Positions 18,635-27,184 of a DNA stretch of 64,000 nucleotides are shown here, piece after piece. The stretch lies in NCBI GenBank assembly GCA_965223845.1, contig CBDCXR010000004.1, positions 4,672,001 to 4,736,000 of the forward strand, written 5' to 3'. The notes below the pieces were generated by a model. That model was not told the DNA's origin. It did not search any database and worked only from the letters and a program-made list of their open reading frames with translations. Position 1 is the stretch's first letter, and the number at the start of each line of letters is the position of its first letter. This DNA comes from Planctomycetota bacterium (lineage in GTDB: Bacteria > Planctomycetota > UBA8108 > SXIK01). The position numbers and the translations under genes were made by a program.

Positions 18635-18727
18635 TCCTCGTCGTTTGGCGCAGAGGAGCCGGCGGCGCTCCCCGGTCCGTCTCATACCTCTGTTCGTTCG
18701 ACCCCTTGAACGTCTTTCTCAAACCGA

Positions 18728-19993
18728 ATGACCGATCGCCGCATCGAGTTCCTGCTTCAATTCACGCGTCTCCTTCACGCGTCGGGAACGCCGTCCCACA
18801 ACCTCGAGGAGGCGATGAGCGCTTGCGCCGAATCTCTCGACATCGAGGCGCAATTCTTCTCGACTCCGACGGCGATCTTCGCGACCTTCGGCCCTCGCGC
18901 CGAGCAGCGGACGAGTCTACTCCGCGTCGAGCCGCACGGAGTCGATCTCGATCGATTGACGCGGGCGGAGGAGTTGTTTCGCGACGTCGCCGAACGGAAA
19001 TGCATTTCCGTCGACGAGGGGCTCCGGCGCATCGCCGCGATCGAGGGCCGCCCCACACACCGAGCCGAGTTTTGGACTACGCTCGCGTTTGCGATGAGCG
19101 GCGCCGGAGCGGCGCGCTTTCTCGGAGGGGGCTACGCCGAGATCGGCGCCGCGGGTGGAATCGGGATCGCCATCGGTCTCCTCGACGTCTGCGCACGCCG
19201 AATCGATGGCCTCCGGCGGCTGTTCGAGCCCGTCGCAGCGTTTGCGGCGACGCTCATCGCCTACTTGTTCGGCTGGTTCGCCTTCACGCACGCCAGCGAG
19301 CTCACGATCCTCGCCACGCTCCTTCCCCTCGTCCCGGGACTCACCGTCACGGTCGCGCTCAGCGAGCTCGCGCACGGCCAGCTCGCCTCCGGAACCGCCC
19401 GCCTCATGGGCGCCGTCGTCAGCTTCCTCACGATCGGATTCGGCGTCGCGCTCGGGCGCGGCGTCACGGTCCTCCTCCCCGAGATCCACCCGACCGAGTC
19501 CGCGCCGCTCGACGACTCACTTTCGATCGCCGTCGCTCTCGTCGCGGCTTCGATGGCGTTCGCCATTCTCTTCCGTGCGCCGCGGCGCGATCTTCCGTGG
19601 ATCATCGCGGGCGGGTTTCTGGGCATCGCTGGCCTCCGCGCGGGTGCGTTCCTCATCGGTCCGGAAATCGGTGCTTCCGTCGGGGCGCTCACTCTCGGCT
19701 TCGGAGCGAACCTCTACTCGAGAGTGCTCCGGCGCCCGAACTCCGTCGTGCTCGTGCCCGGCCTGATCTTGCTCGTACCCGGGAGTCTCGGATTCCGTAC
19801 TTTCGCGGCGCTCATGGAGCACGACGTGATCTCCGGCGTCGACCTCGCGTTCTCGATGGCGCTCGTCGCCGTATCGCTCGTCGCGGGGCTTCTCGTCGCG
19901 AACGTCGCGCTGCCGACACGGCGATTTCGAGTGCGCGCGCCGTCTCCGCCGGTCGATCGCCGGCACCGCGAGCGCGGGGAGCGCCCCGAGTGA
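18728..19993 (+). CDS. Threonine/serine exporter ThrE-family protein
   Basis: LH.SGTPSH.LE, STPT, VDLDRL, LVPGL, PGLILLVPGS; about 10 TM segments. Confidence 0.88.
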   Translation: MTDRRIEFLLQFTRLLHASGTPSHNLEEAMSACAESLDIEAQFFSTPTAIFATFGPRAEQRTSLLRVEPHGVDLDRLTRAEELFRDVAERKCISVDEGLRRIAAIEGRPTHRAEFWTTLAFAMSGAGAARFLGGGYAEIGAAGGIGIAIGLLDVCARRIDGLRRLFEPVAAFAATLIAYLFGWFAFTHASELTILATLLPLVPGLTVTVALSELAHGQLASGTARLMGAVVSFLTIGFGVALGRGVTVLLPEIHPTESAPLDDSLSIAVALVAASMAFAILFRAPRRDLPWIIAGGFLGIAGLRAGAFLIGPEIGASVGALTLGFGANLYSRVLRRPNSVVLVPGLILLVPGSLGFRTFAALMEHDVISGVDLAFSMALVAVSLVAGLLVANVALPTRRFRVRAPSPPVDRRHRERGERPE

Positions 19994-20275
19994 TTCAAGC
20001 CGTGGCCAGCCGAGCCGAAAAGAGTACTGAAGTACGTCCAAAGTGAGGGATCGGACGACGCATCCGTGCGTCGATCCGAAACCGTCCGGTAATCTCCCTG
20101 CGATTTCGCCTTCGCACCTGCGCCCCGACTGCGTGCTGTCACGCCCGTACGCGAGGTGGGACGCCGATTCCGAAGGGAACTTTCTCTGCCGGGTGCCGAG
20201 GCAGTACGATCGGGAACGCGCCGGGTTCCGAGCGCACACGCAATCGGTGTCTTTCGAGCGAGGTGTGGAGTCCGC

Positions 20276-20899
20276 ATGAGTCGTGGTTTTCTCCGCCGCA
20301 TGACCGAGCGGATCCTGCAGATCAACGACACACCCGAGTCCATCGCGCTAGGGGCTGCGGTGGGGATGTTCATCGCGTGGACGCCCACCGTGGGAATCCA
20401 GATGATCATCATGATCATCGTGGGCACGGTGATCCGCGCGAATCGACTCGCCGGCGTGGCGATGGTCTACATCTCCAACCCGTTCACCCTCGTTCCCATC
20501 TACTGGGTCGACTACCTCGTCGGCTGCTTCGTTCTCGGGATGGAACACATCACGTGGGCCCAGTTCGAGGCGACGTGCGCTCAGTTCATGACGAATTACG
20601 AATCTCTCGGCCTTTGGACGGCGGTCGTGACCTTCGTGAAGGAGTACCAACAAATCGCCGTCGCGATGGCGGTCGGCGGAGTGATCATCGGCATCGTGTG
20701 GGCGATCCCCACCTATCCGATCACGCTCCGAGCCGTGCGCCTCCACCAGAAGCGTCGGGATCGCCGGCAGGCCCTCTTCGCCGAGCGCGAAGCCAGACGT
20801 CGCCGGCGTGCCGAGCGGCGCCTCCAGGCCCGGGCCGTGTCGAACGAAGGCGAATCCGCCGCGGCTCCACTTTCGACTCGGTCGTCCGAACGAACGTAG
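20276..20899 (+). CDS. DUF2062-family membrane protein
   Basis: DTPESIALGAAVGMFIAWTP..GIQ...ISNPFT..PIY; GGAG upstream. Confidence 0.85.
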   Translation: MSRGFLRRMTERILQINDTPESIALGAAVGMFIAWTPTVGIQMIIMIIVGTVIRANRLAGVAMVYISNPFTLVPIYWVDYLVGCFVLGMEHITWAQFEATCAQFMTNYESLGLWTAVVTFVKEYQQIAVAMAVGGVIIGIVWAIPTYPITLRAVRLHQKRRDRRQALFAEREARRRRRAERRLQARAVSNEGESAAAPLSTRSSERT

Positions 20900-21059
20900 C
20901 CTGGAATCCGTTACGCCCCAGCGAGGGCGAAAGCGCGAGGTCCAAAACGATTTCGATTTTCGCGCGCTCGCGGTACTCTTCGCGTAGGAAGAGGCTTCAC
21001 TCGAGTGAGCCCTAAGCTATTCCACGGAACTCCGCGTTTTCACCCTTCGCCCCTATCGC

Positions 21060-21866
21060 ATGCGCATACCGAAACACTTCTCTGTCCTCGTCGGCGCTCA
21101 TGCGCTGCTCGTCGCCTACGCGCTGATCAAGTACGGAGTCACCGCCGGGCTCGCCGCGGCCGGATTCTCGGCGATCAATCTCGCTGCGCTCTGCGCGCCG
21201 ATCGCCGCGCACTTTGCGCTCGGGTCCGTGGGGTTGATCCTTACGCTTTGGATGGTCGGGAACTACGTCCCTGGCGCCGTGGAGAAGATCGGAGCGAGCT
21301 ATCTCATCTTCTTTTTCCACTTCCCGTCGGCGCTCAGCTGCCTCACTCTGTTTGTGATCTCGGGCGCAGCGAGCGGAGTCTACGTATTCCACCGCGACGC
21401 GATGTGGGATCACCTGGGCAAATCGCTCGTCCAAGTCGGCGTGCTCGCGTGCACAGTCACGCTCGTCACCGGCAGCATATGGGCGAAGGCCGCGTGGGGA
21501 ATCTGGTGGGACATGACGGATCCCCGCCTCATGACCGTCGCGCTCATGTGGCTCACCTACCTCGCCTACCTCGCACTCCGCGAATCGATCGAGGACCCCG
21601 ACCGCGCGGCGCGCTTCGGCGCAGTGTTCGGGGTGCTCGCGTGGATCAACGTCCCGATCGTCCACTTCGCCATCCAGTGGCTCGGATCGTCGCACCACCC
21701 GTTTCAGGTCGATCTATCGGCGCCGGAGATGGTCGCGACGCGGTGGGTTGGAGTCGGGTCGTTCTTCGTCCTCTACGAGGCGATGGTGCGACTCCGCTAC
21801 CGCGTCTCGACCACGTACGACCGACTCGGAGAGATGGATCAGCGACTCGTCGATCTCGGCGTTTGA
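21060..21866 (+). CDS. ccmC: Cytochrome c biogenesis heme exporter CcmC-like protein
   Basis: FFHFPSA, TGSIWAKAAWGIWWD..DPRL (WWD domain), NVPIVHFAIQW...HHP. Confidence 0.85.
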   Translation: MRIPKHFSVLVGAHALLVAYALIKYGVTAGLAAAGFSAINLAALCAPIAAHFALGSVGLILTLWMVGNYVPGAVEKIGASYLIFFFHFPSALSCLTLFVISGAASGVYVFHRDAMWDHLGKSLVQVGVLACTVTLVTGSIWAKAAWGIWWDMTDPRLMTVALMWLTYLAYLALRESIEDPDRAARFGAVFGVLAWINVPIVHFAIQWLGSSHHPFQVDLSAPEMVATRWVGVGSFFVLYEAMVRLRYRVSTTYDRLGEMDQRLVDLGV

Positions 21867-21888
21867 CGCGTACCGAGGTTCTTCCGGA

Positions 21889-23784
21889 CTACTGCGGCCC
21901 CCGCTCCGGGAGCGCGTGCACCCGGACGACGGCGACGAGCGCCCGGACGGCACCGTCGTTCTCGCTCGGGAACACGTTGAGAAGGATCGGCTGCCCGAGC
22001 GGCACGGTCACCGTGTGCTCCCACCGATCGGTGTCCTCCTCCGGCAGCTCGATCGCGAGCCACTTTCCGGTCGCGACGACTTCGGGTCCGTCGCTCGAGC
22101 GATCGATCCGAACACGCTGATCGAGTCGAACGCGCGCGGAACGCTCGATGCGCGGCGCGCGAGCGAATTCGCCCATCACGTGAAGCTGCGCCCACACCGT
22201 ACCGGGAACGAGGCTCGCGGTCGCGTTCAGAAGGAGCCCTTCCCCCACACGCGAAACGACGGGATCGGAAGCTACGACGATGCGCTGCGGCATGCCGCCC
22301 GAGACCCACTCGAGATCCGAGACGTAGGCACGCGATTGCACGGCGCCGGCGGACATGGACTGCCCTTCGATGCCGGCGAGTCTCGCGGTGACGCCTTCGG
22401 ATCGCATCCGCGCGGACCACTCTTCCGCGTCGAGGAGTACTCCGCGACCGACTTCCGCGGCGGGTACGTCTCCTTGCCAGAGCTCGATCGTAATCGGCCG
22501 CGTCCTCCGTCCGCCGAGCTGCTCGAGCCACTGAACCGTACGCTCCGCTTCCTCGCTTTTCCCCAGGAGCAACGCGCGTCCCACGACCGCCAACTCGACC
22601 CCGCTTTGCTGAGCTCCGGAAAGGACGCGAGAGAGTACGTCGAAATCGACGAGCGGCTCTCCCTCCACGTCGCCGTAGGCCGGCCGATAGTCCAGCTTCG
22701 CCTGGAGTCGAAGCGCGCGATAGGGAGCGGTCAGCGCCGCGAGGTCGACGATCCTGGGGACAGCAGCGTCTTCTTCCGTGTTTCCGGGTGCCGATTCGTC
22801 CGAAACGATGCGTCCGGCACGGAGAAGCACGACGGCGCTCAGTGCCCCCGAGTCGACCGGAATCTCGATTTCGCCGAGAACGACGACTCCTCCGGCTCGG
22901 ACGATCGACATCGTCGAGATGGAACGGCGTCTGTCGGCGGGCAGATCGAGGGCGCCGATGGTGAGATCGACTCGCCGCGATGCTTCGTCATCGAATTCGC
23001 GCGCGAGGATGGTCGCGTCGATCCGGAACCAATCGCCCATCGGCGCGGGATAGAGGGCGAGCTCGCAGCCGATCCCCTCGCGAGCCGACGACACGATCGG
23101 ATTGACGACGGGAATGACGCCCGTTTGGTTCACTTCGTGATCGTTCAGGATCACCCTCGACGCCGCGGGACGGAGAACGCTTCGCGCGCCTACCGGCACG
23201 ACTGCGCTCACCGAGCGAGCATCGGCACCGGCAGCGGCGACGGCACGATCGAAGGTGCCCGCGTCGTGCCAGAGTCCGGCGCGTGCGGCAGCGTCGGGTA
23301 CTGCCGCGACGAACGCCTGCCGCGGAACGATCGCGACGTCCACGCGGCAGCGACGAAACACGTGATGTTCCCAGCGCCGGAGGAGAGCGTCGATCCGGGC
23401 GAGGACGTCCGGCGTCTGAACGATCAGCATTCGATCACCTTCGGAGCGAAGGACGTTGCGCCGGTTCGACCAGGAATCCTCCGCGATCAACTCGCGAATC
23501 GCGCCCTCGAACCGTTCGAAGAACTCCACCGATTCTTCCCGGTCTTCGTCGTCGAATCCGAACGTGATCGGACGGTTGTCCTCTCCCGTCCACTCCGGCT
23601 CGATGCTCGTCCCGCGGAGAGAGGGCGGCGGAAGATGGAGGTCGCTGGTGTCGGTCCGCGGCCACAGCGAATCGAGCGAATAGACGCGGATGCTGCGCTC
23701 GACTTGCTGCGCGGGGGCCGGCGGCGACCAAACGCCGACTGCGACGAGAGCAGTGAGGGCAATGCTGAGGTGGCGGCGATTCAT
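21889..23784 (-). CDS. Exported protein with two tandem secretin-like modules (paralogue B)
   Basis: Signal peptide (APA-Q); internal duplication; shares AEDSWxNRRN and ExNxTGVxPVVNPxV with the upstream gene; GAAGGAGG RBS and ATGA overlap. Confidence 0.75.
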   Translation of the reverse strand: MNRRHLSIALTALVAVGVWSPPAPAQQVERSIRVYSLDSLWPRTDTSDLHLPPPSLRGTSIEPEWTGEDNRPITFGFDDEDREESVEFFERFEGAIRELIAEDSWSNRRNVLRSEGDRMLIVQTPDVLARIDALLRRWEHHVFRRCRVDVAIVPRQAFVAAVPDAAARAGLWHDAGTFDRAVAAAGADARSVSAVVPVGARSVLRPAASRVILNDHEVNQTGVIPVVNPIVSSAREGIGCELALYPAPMGDWFRIDATILAREFDDEASRRVDLTIGALDLPADRRRSISTMSIVRAGGVVVLGEIEIPVDSGALSAVVLLRAGRIVSDESAPGNTEEDAAVPRIVDLAALTAPYRALRLQAKLDYRPAYGDVEGEPLVDFDVLSRVLSGAQQSGVELAVVGRALLLGKSEEAERTVQWLEQLGGRRTRPITIELWQGDVPAAEVGRGVLLDAEEWSARMRSEGVTARLAGIEGQSMSAGAVQSRAYVSDLEWVSGGMPQRIVVASDPVVSRVGEGLLLNATASLVPGTVWAQLHVMGEFARAPRIERSARVRLDQRVRIDRSSDGPEVVATGKWLAIELPEEDTDRWEHTVTVPLGQPILLNVFPSENDGAVRALVAVVRVHALPERGPQ

Positions 23785-25850
23785 CGTTCACCTCCTTCGG
23801 CGGTGACCGCGGTCTCGGCGGTGACTCGAGCGAGCACGACGCTCGATCGTTCCGCGGATCCAGAAGTGTCACCGGTCTGAATCTTCACGATCGCGTAGCG
23901 ATTCGGACGGAGCGCGAGACGAGCTCGACACGCGACCCAAGACTGACTCGGCTGCTGGAGAGTAAACGGAAGCGTGACGTAGCCGCCCCCCGGCGAAGTG
24001 AATGCTGACGTCGAAGCGTCCTTGTCGTCACCCTCGGGCGGAGGAGGCGCCGCCGGCGGCGTAACGGCTTTCGAATCGTCGACGATCTCCGCGCTCACAC
24101 GCACGTCGGCGGACCGTTCGAATCGCGTCGTCACCAGCTCCCAATCGAGCTCGACCTCGAGACGATCCCCGAGGGTCGGGCGAACCGTCGCTCGCCACTC
24201 GAAGCCATCTCCCGCACTGCCGATGCGTGGATCGGGCACGCTCGCGAGCCGAAATCCTGTCCCGCCCGACGCCAAGGCGAGGTCGAGGACTGCCCCGCGT
24301 GACACGCCGCCTCGCGCGCGCAATGGACTGCCCAGGGCGCCGTGGAGCGCGCCGTAGAACAACTCGTCGAGCGACGCGTCGCCGTCCCGCGCGATCGCCG
24401 CCTCGATGGCTTCACTCGTGACGTACACTTCGTCTTCGACACTTGCTAGAAGAGCGTCCACGGCCGACTTCGCCCCGGTGAGCACGCGGACGGTGATCTG
24501 CGTCGCTCGAAATGCCGCTTCCACCCGCGCGCGGAGCCACTCGGCGACCGCCGCGTGAGTCGAACTCGTCGCCGTCACCGAGAGAAGCGAATCTTCCCAG
24601 GAAATCTCGGTTCGGTCGTCCCGCCAGGCGTCCGTGTCGACGCTATGCCGAATGAGGGCCTCGAGGAGCTTGGGGGTGAAGCGTGGCGGCACTCTCCCGC
24701 CGAAATCGGTCGCTTCGACGGCCTCGACGAGCAGTCCGACGTCATACATCGCGCGGTAGAACTCTTCGGGTGCTCGCGCTCGCGACGCGTCGGTCGGCTT
24801 CCGCAGATCGACGATCCGCACGCGGACGACGACGCTGAAGTCGCGGGTGGTGTCGCCATGAACGGCGCGCAGGATTCCTGCGACGACGGTGCGATCTGGC
24901 GGAACGAACAGAGTCGACCGAAGCGAGCGCTCCTCGAGGACGACGTCTTCGATTTCGGAGAAGAACGTCTCCGTTTTCGTCGCGGGCTCGGCCTCGCGAA
25001 CTCGCGCGGCGCGCAATTGCAGCTGAACGCCGCCGCCGGTTTGAGGAATCACCCGCGGCGTAACCTCGACGCCGAAGCCGAGCGGGACGGTCTCGACGAC
25101 GGGATTGACCACGGGCAGGACTCCCGTCGAATTCAGCTCGTTGTCGTCGATGTAGCGCCGCCGCCGACCCGTAAACCCACTCACCGTCTGCTCGTTGTAG
25201 GCGGTGAGGGACACACGGTGTGCGTCCAGACCGGCGTTTCCGACAAGCGCGTCGAACGAGGCGTCGATCGGCCCGACACCCGCTACGGCAGCGGTGGGAA
25301 CGAGCGCGACATCGACACTCACCATGCGAGCGCGACGAGCGCGGAATCGGTCGAGGAGCGCTTCGATCTCGGCGTGGACCGACGCCCCATTGACGACGAC
25401 GAGGTCGCTCCCTCGAGCGACGATCGAGTTCCTCCGGTTCGCCCACGAATCCTCGGCGACGTTCCGCCGGATCAGATCGACGAGAGACTCCGCGTCGATT
25501 TCGACGCCCACGGCCTCTTCTTCCTCGTCGAACGAGATCGGGACTCCCACGACCTCTTCATCGAGATGAATCGCTCCTCGCTCCTCGAGTCGAAAGGAAC
25601 CCGCGTAACCGATGTCGAAGCTCGGAAACTGCGGGACTTCAGCGACGAGGAACTCGATGTCGTACGCACGCGTCACGCGATCGGTGTCGTTGACTTGCGC
25701 CCGGAGAGATACGAGTGGCACGGCCACGAGTACGACGCCGACAAGACTTCTCGTCGCGCGATTTCGGCGCGAGACGCATCCGCCGATCTTGATCGACGAA
25801 CTCGCATCGGCGAACACTTTCGCCGCGCTGGGGAAGCCAAACGAGACCAT
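23781..25850 (-). CDS. Exported protein with two tandem secretin-like modules (paralogue A)
   Basis: AGGAGG 9 nt before ATG 25850; signal ending LRA-Q; duplicated YD...LIR..V..D.W...L.V....H...L module followed by beta-strand runs such as GFGVEVTPRV. Confidence 0.75.
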   Translation of the reverse strand: MVSFGFPSAAKVFADASSSIKIGGCVSRRNRATRSLVGVVLVAVPLVSLRAQVNDTDRVTRAYDIEFLVAEVPQFPSFDIGYAGSFRLEERGAIHLDEEVVGVPISFDEEEEAVGVEIDAESLVDLIRRNVAEDSWANRRNSIVARGSDLVVVNGASVHAEIEALLDRFRARRARMVSVDVALVPTAAVAGVGPIDASFDALVGNAGLDAHRVSLTAYNEQTVSGFTGRRRRYIDDNELNSTGVLPVVNPVVETVPLGFGVEVTPRVIPQTGGGVQLQLRAARVREAEPATKTETFFSEIEDVVLEERSLRSTLFVPPDRTVVAGILRAVHGDTTRDFSVVVRVRIVDLRKPTDASRARAPEEFYRAMYDVGLLVEAVEATDFGGRVPPRFTPKLLEALIRHSVDTDAWRDDRTEISWEDSLLSVTATSSTHAAVAEWLRARVEAAFRATQITVRVLTGAKSAVDALLASVEDEVYVTSEAIEAAIARDGDASLDELFYGALHGALGSPLRARGGVSRGAVLDLALASGGTGFRLASVPDPRIGSAGDGFEWRATVRPTLGDRLEVELDWELVTTRFERSADVRVSAEIVDDSKAVTPPAAPPPPEGDDKDASTSAFTSPGGGYVTLPFTLQQPSQSWVACRARLALRPNRYAIVKIQTGDTSGSAERSSVVLARVTAETAVTAEGGER

Positions 25851-26173
25851 GGCGACAGACCTCCTACGTACGGGTGAAAACACCGCAGCAGCCGAACGAA
25901 TTCGTCTCTTCTCGAAGTGGCGTTCGCTCGACGATCGCTCGAGTGAGCGGTCCAAGCGAACTCCTCAGGCAGGTTCACGCTCATCCTATCGAGCGCACGC
26001 ACGTTCGACCATGAGAACAAGTCTACGGCTGGAGAGGCCGCGATCGCCGTCGAGAGAAACTCGCGGCGAGCTGGAGTTTCCCGGACAGTCCATCGCGTGC
26101 ACTTACTTCGCACATAGTGCACCTTGCGTTGACGGTGACCGAACGATGACCGAATGATGCGACAGTAACTAGG

Positions 26174-26944
26174 TCAGTGCGCGGTCCATCCCCCGTCGAC
26201 GAAGAGCGTCGTCCCGGTCACGTAGCTCGACGCGTCGCTCGCGAGAAAGATCGCGGCGCCCTGAATCTCGTGCATCTCGCCCCAGCGCTTGAGGGCCACG
26301 GCGCCGACGATGAACTTCTCGGCGTCCGGAGTCCCCGCGATCGGGAGGTTCATCGGCGTGAGAAACGGCCCCGGACAGATCGCGTTCACGGTGATCTTGT
26401 CTTCGGCCCACTCGAGCGCGAGGACTTTCGTCATCATCGTGACCGCGCCCTTGCTCGACGCGTACGGCGTGCGTCCCGGAACACCGACCGCTCCGAGCGT
26501 GCTCGACATGTTGATCACGCGACCACCACCGGCGCGTTTGAGGTGCGGCGCGACCGCTCGCGCGCAAAGCCACGGCCCGCGGACGTTCGTCGACATGACC
26601 GCATCGAACTCGCTCGGCTCGAGCTCCTCGATCGGCCCGCGGATGTTGATCCCGGCGTTGTTGATGAGGATATCGACGCGGCCGAGCTCGCGGTGGGCCC
26701 GCGCTACGAACTCCTCGACCGACCGCTCGTCGGTGACGTCGCATTCAATTCCGATCGCGCGGCGCCCGAAGCGTTCGACGATCTCGCCGGCGGCCGCTTC
26801 GACTTCCGCGGAGTTTCTACTACAGAGGGCGACGTCCGCGCCGGCGGAAGCGAGCCCCTCCGCCATGCTCAGACCGAGGCCTTTCGACCCTCCGGTGATC
26901 AGTGCGACCTTGCCATCGAGACGAAAGAGATCGATTCCGTTCAT
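26174..26944 (-). CDS. Short-chain dehydrogenase/reductase (gluconate 5-dehydrogenase-like)
   Basis: TGGSKGLG, NNAG, YASSK (YxxxK), NAICPG; GAGGAG RBS. Confidence 0.93.
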   Translation of the reverse strand: MNGIDLFRLDGKVALITGGSKGLGLSMAEGLASAGADVALCSRNSAEVEAAAGEIVERFGRRAIGIECDVTDERSVEEFVARAHRELGRVDILINNAGINIRGPIEELEPSEFDAVMSTNVRGPWLCARAVAPHLKRAGGGRVINMSSTLGAVGVPGRTPYASSKGAVTMMTKVLALEWAEDKITVNAICPGPFLTPMNLPIAGTPDAEKFIVGAVALKRWGEMHEIQGAAIFLASDASSYVTGTTLFVDGGWTAH

Positions 26945-27184
26945 GGTGCACTCCTCGCTTGTCCATCGTCGTCGCAATCCGCGATCGAATCCTATCTCGG
27001 GAGTGGCAGATTCTCCACCGCACCCGCGCGGTCCCGGAGCGGACCCCTGCACCGCCTCGCTCACTCCTCGCCGCCGGTCGACGCCGACCGTGACACGAGA
27101 TCGCCATTCGAAGCCGCTTGGCGTGCCGCGCGTCGACGCACGGCGGACGAATTCTCTTCCGGCCACGAAGCTCGCGCCGTCGTC

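Noticed and set aside
20051-20079. 12-bp bulged hairpin after the ThrE gene
   Set aside because: No U-tract and a single copy; cannot be called a terminator or REP element
21748-23880. 710-aa + strand ORF
   Set aside because: Antisense shadow of the secretin-like gene; Arg-rich, no motifs; long shadow ORFs are expected at this GC content
26177-27184. N-terminal third of the 1159-aa ORF, suggesting a large fusion
   Set aside because: Overlaps the SDR on the opposite strand; protein-like sequence with a signal anchor starts at ATG 27185
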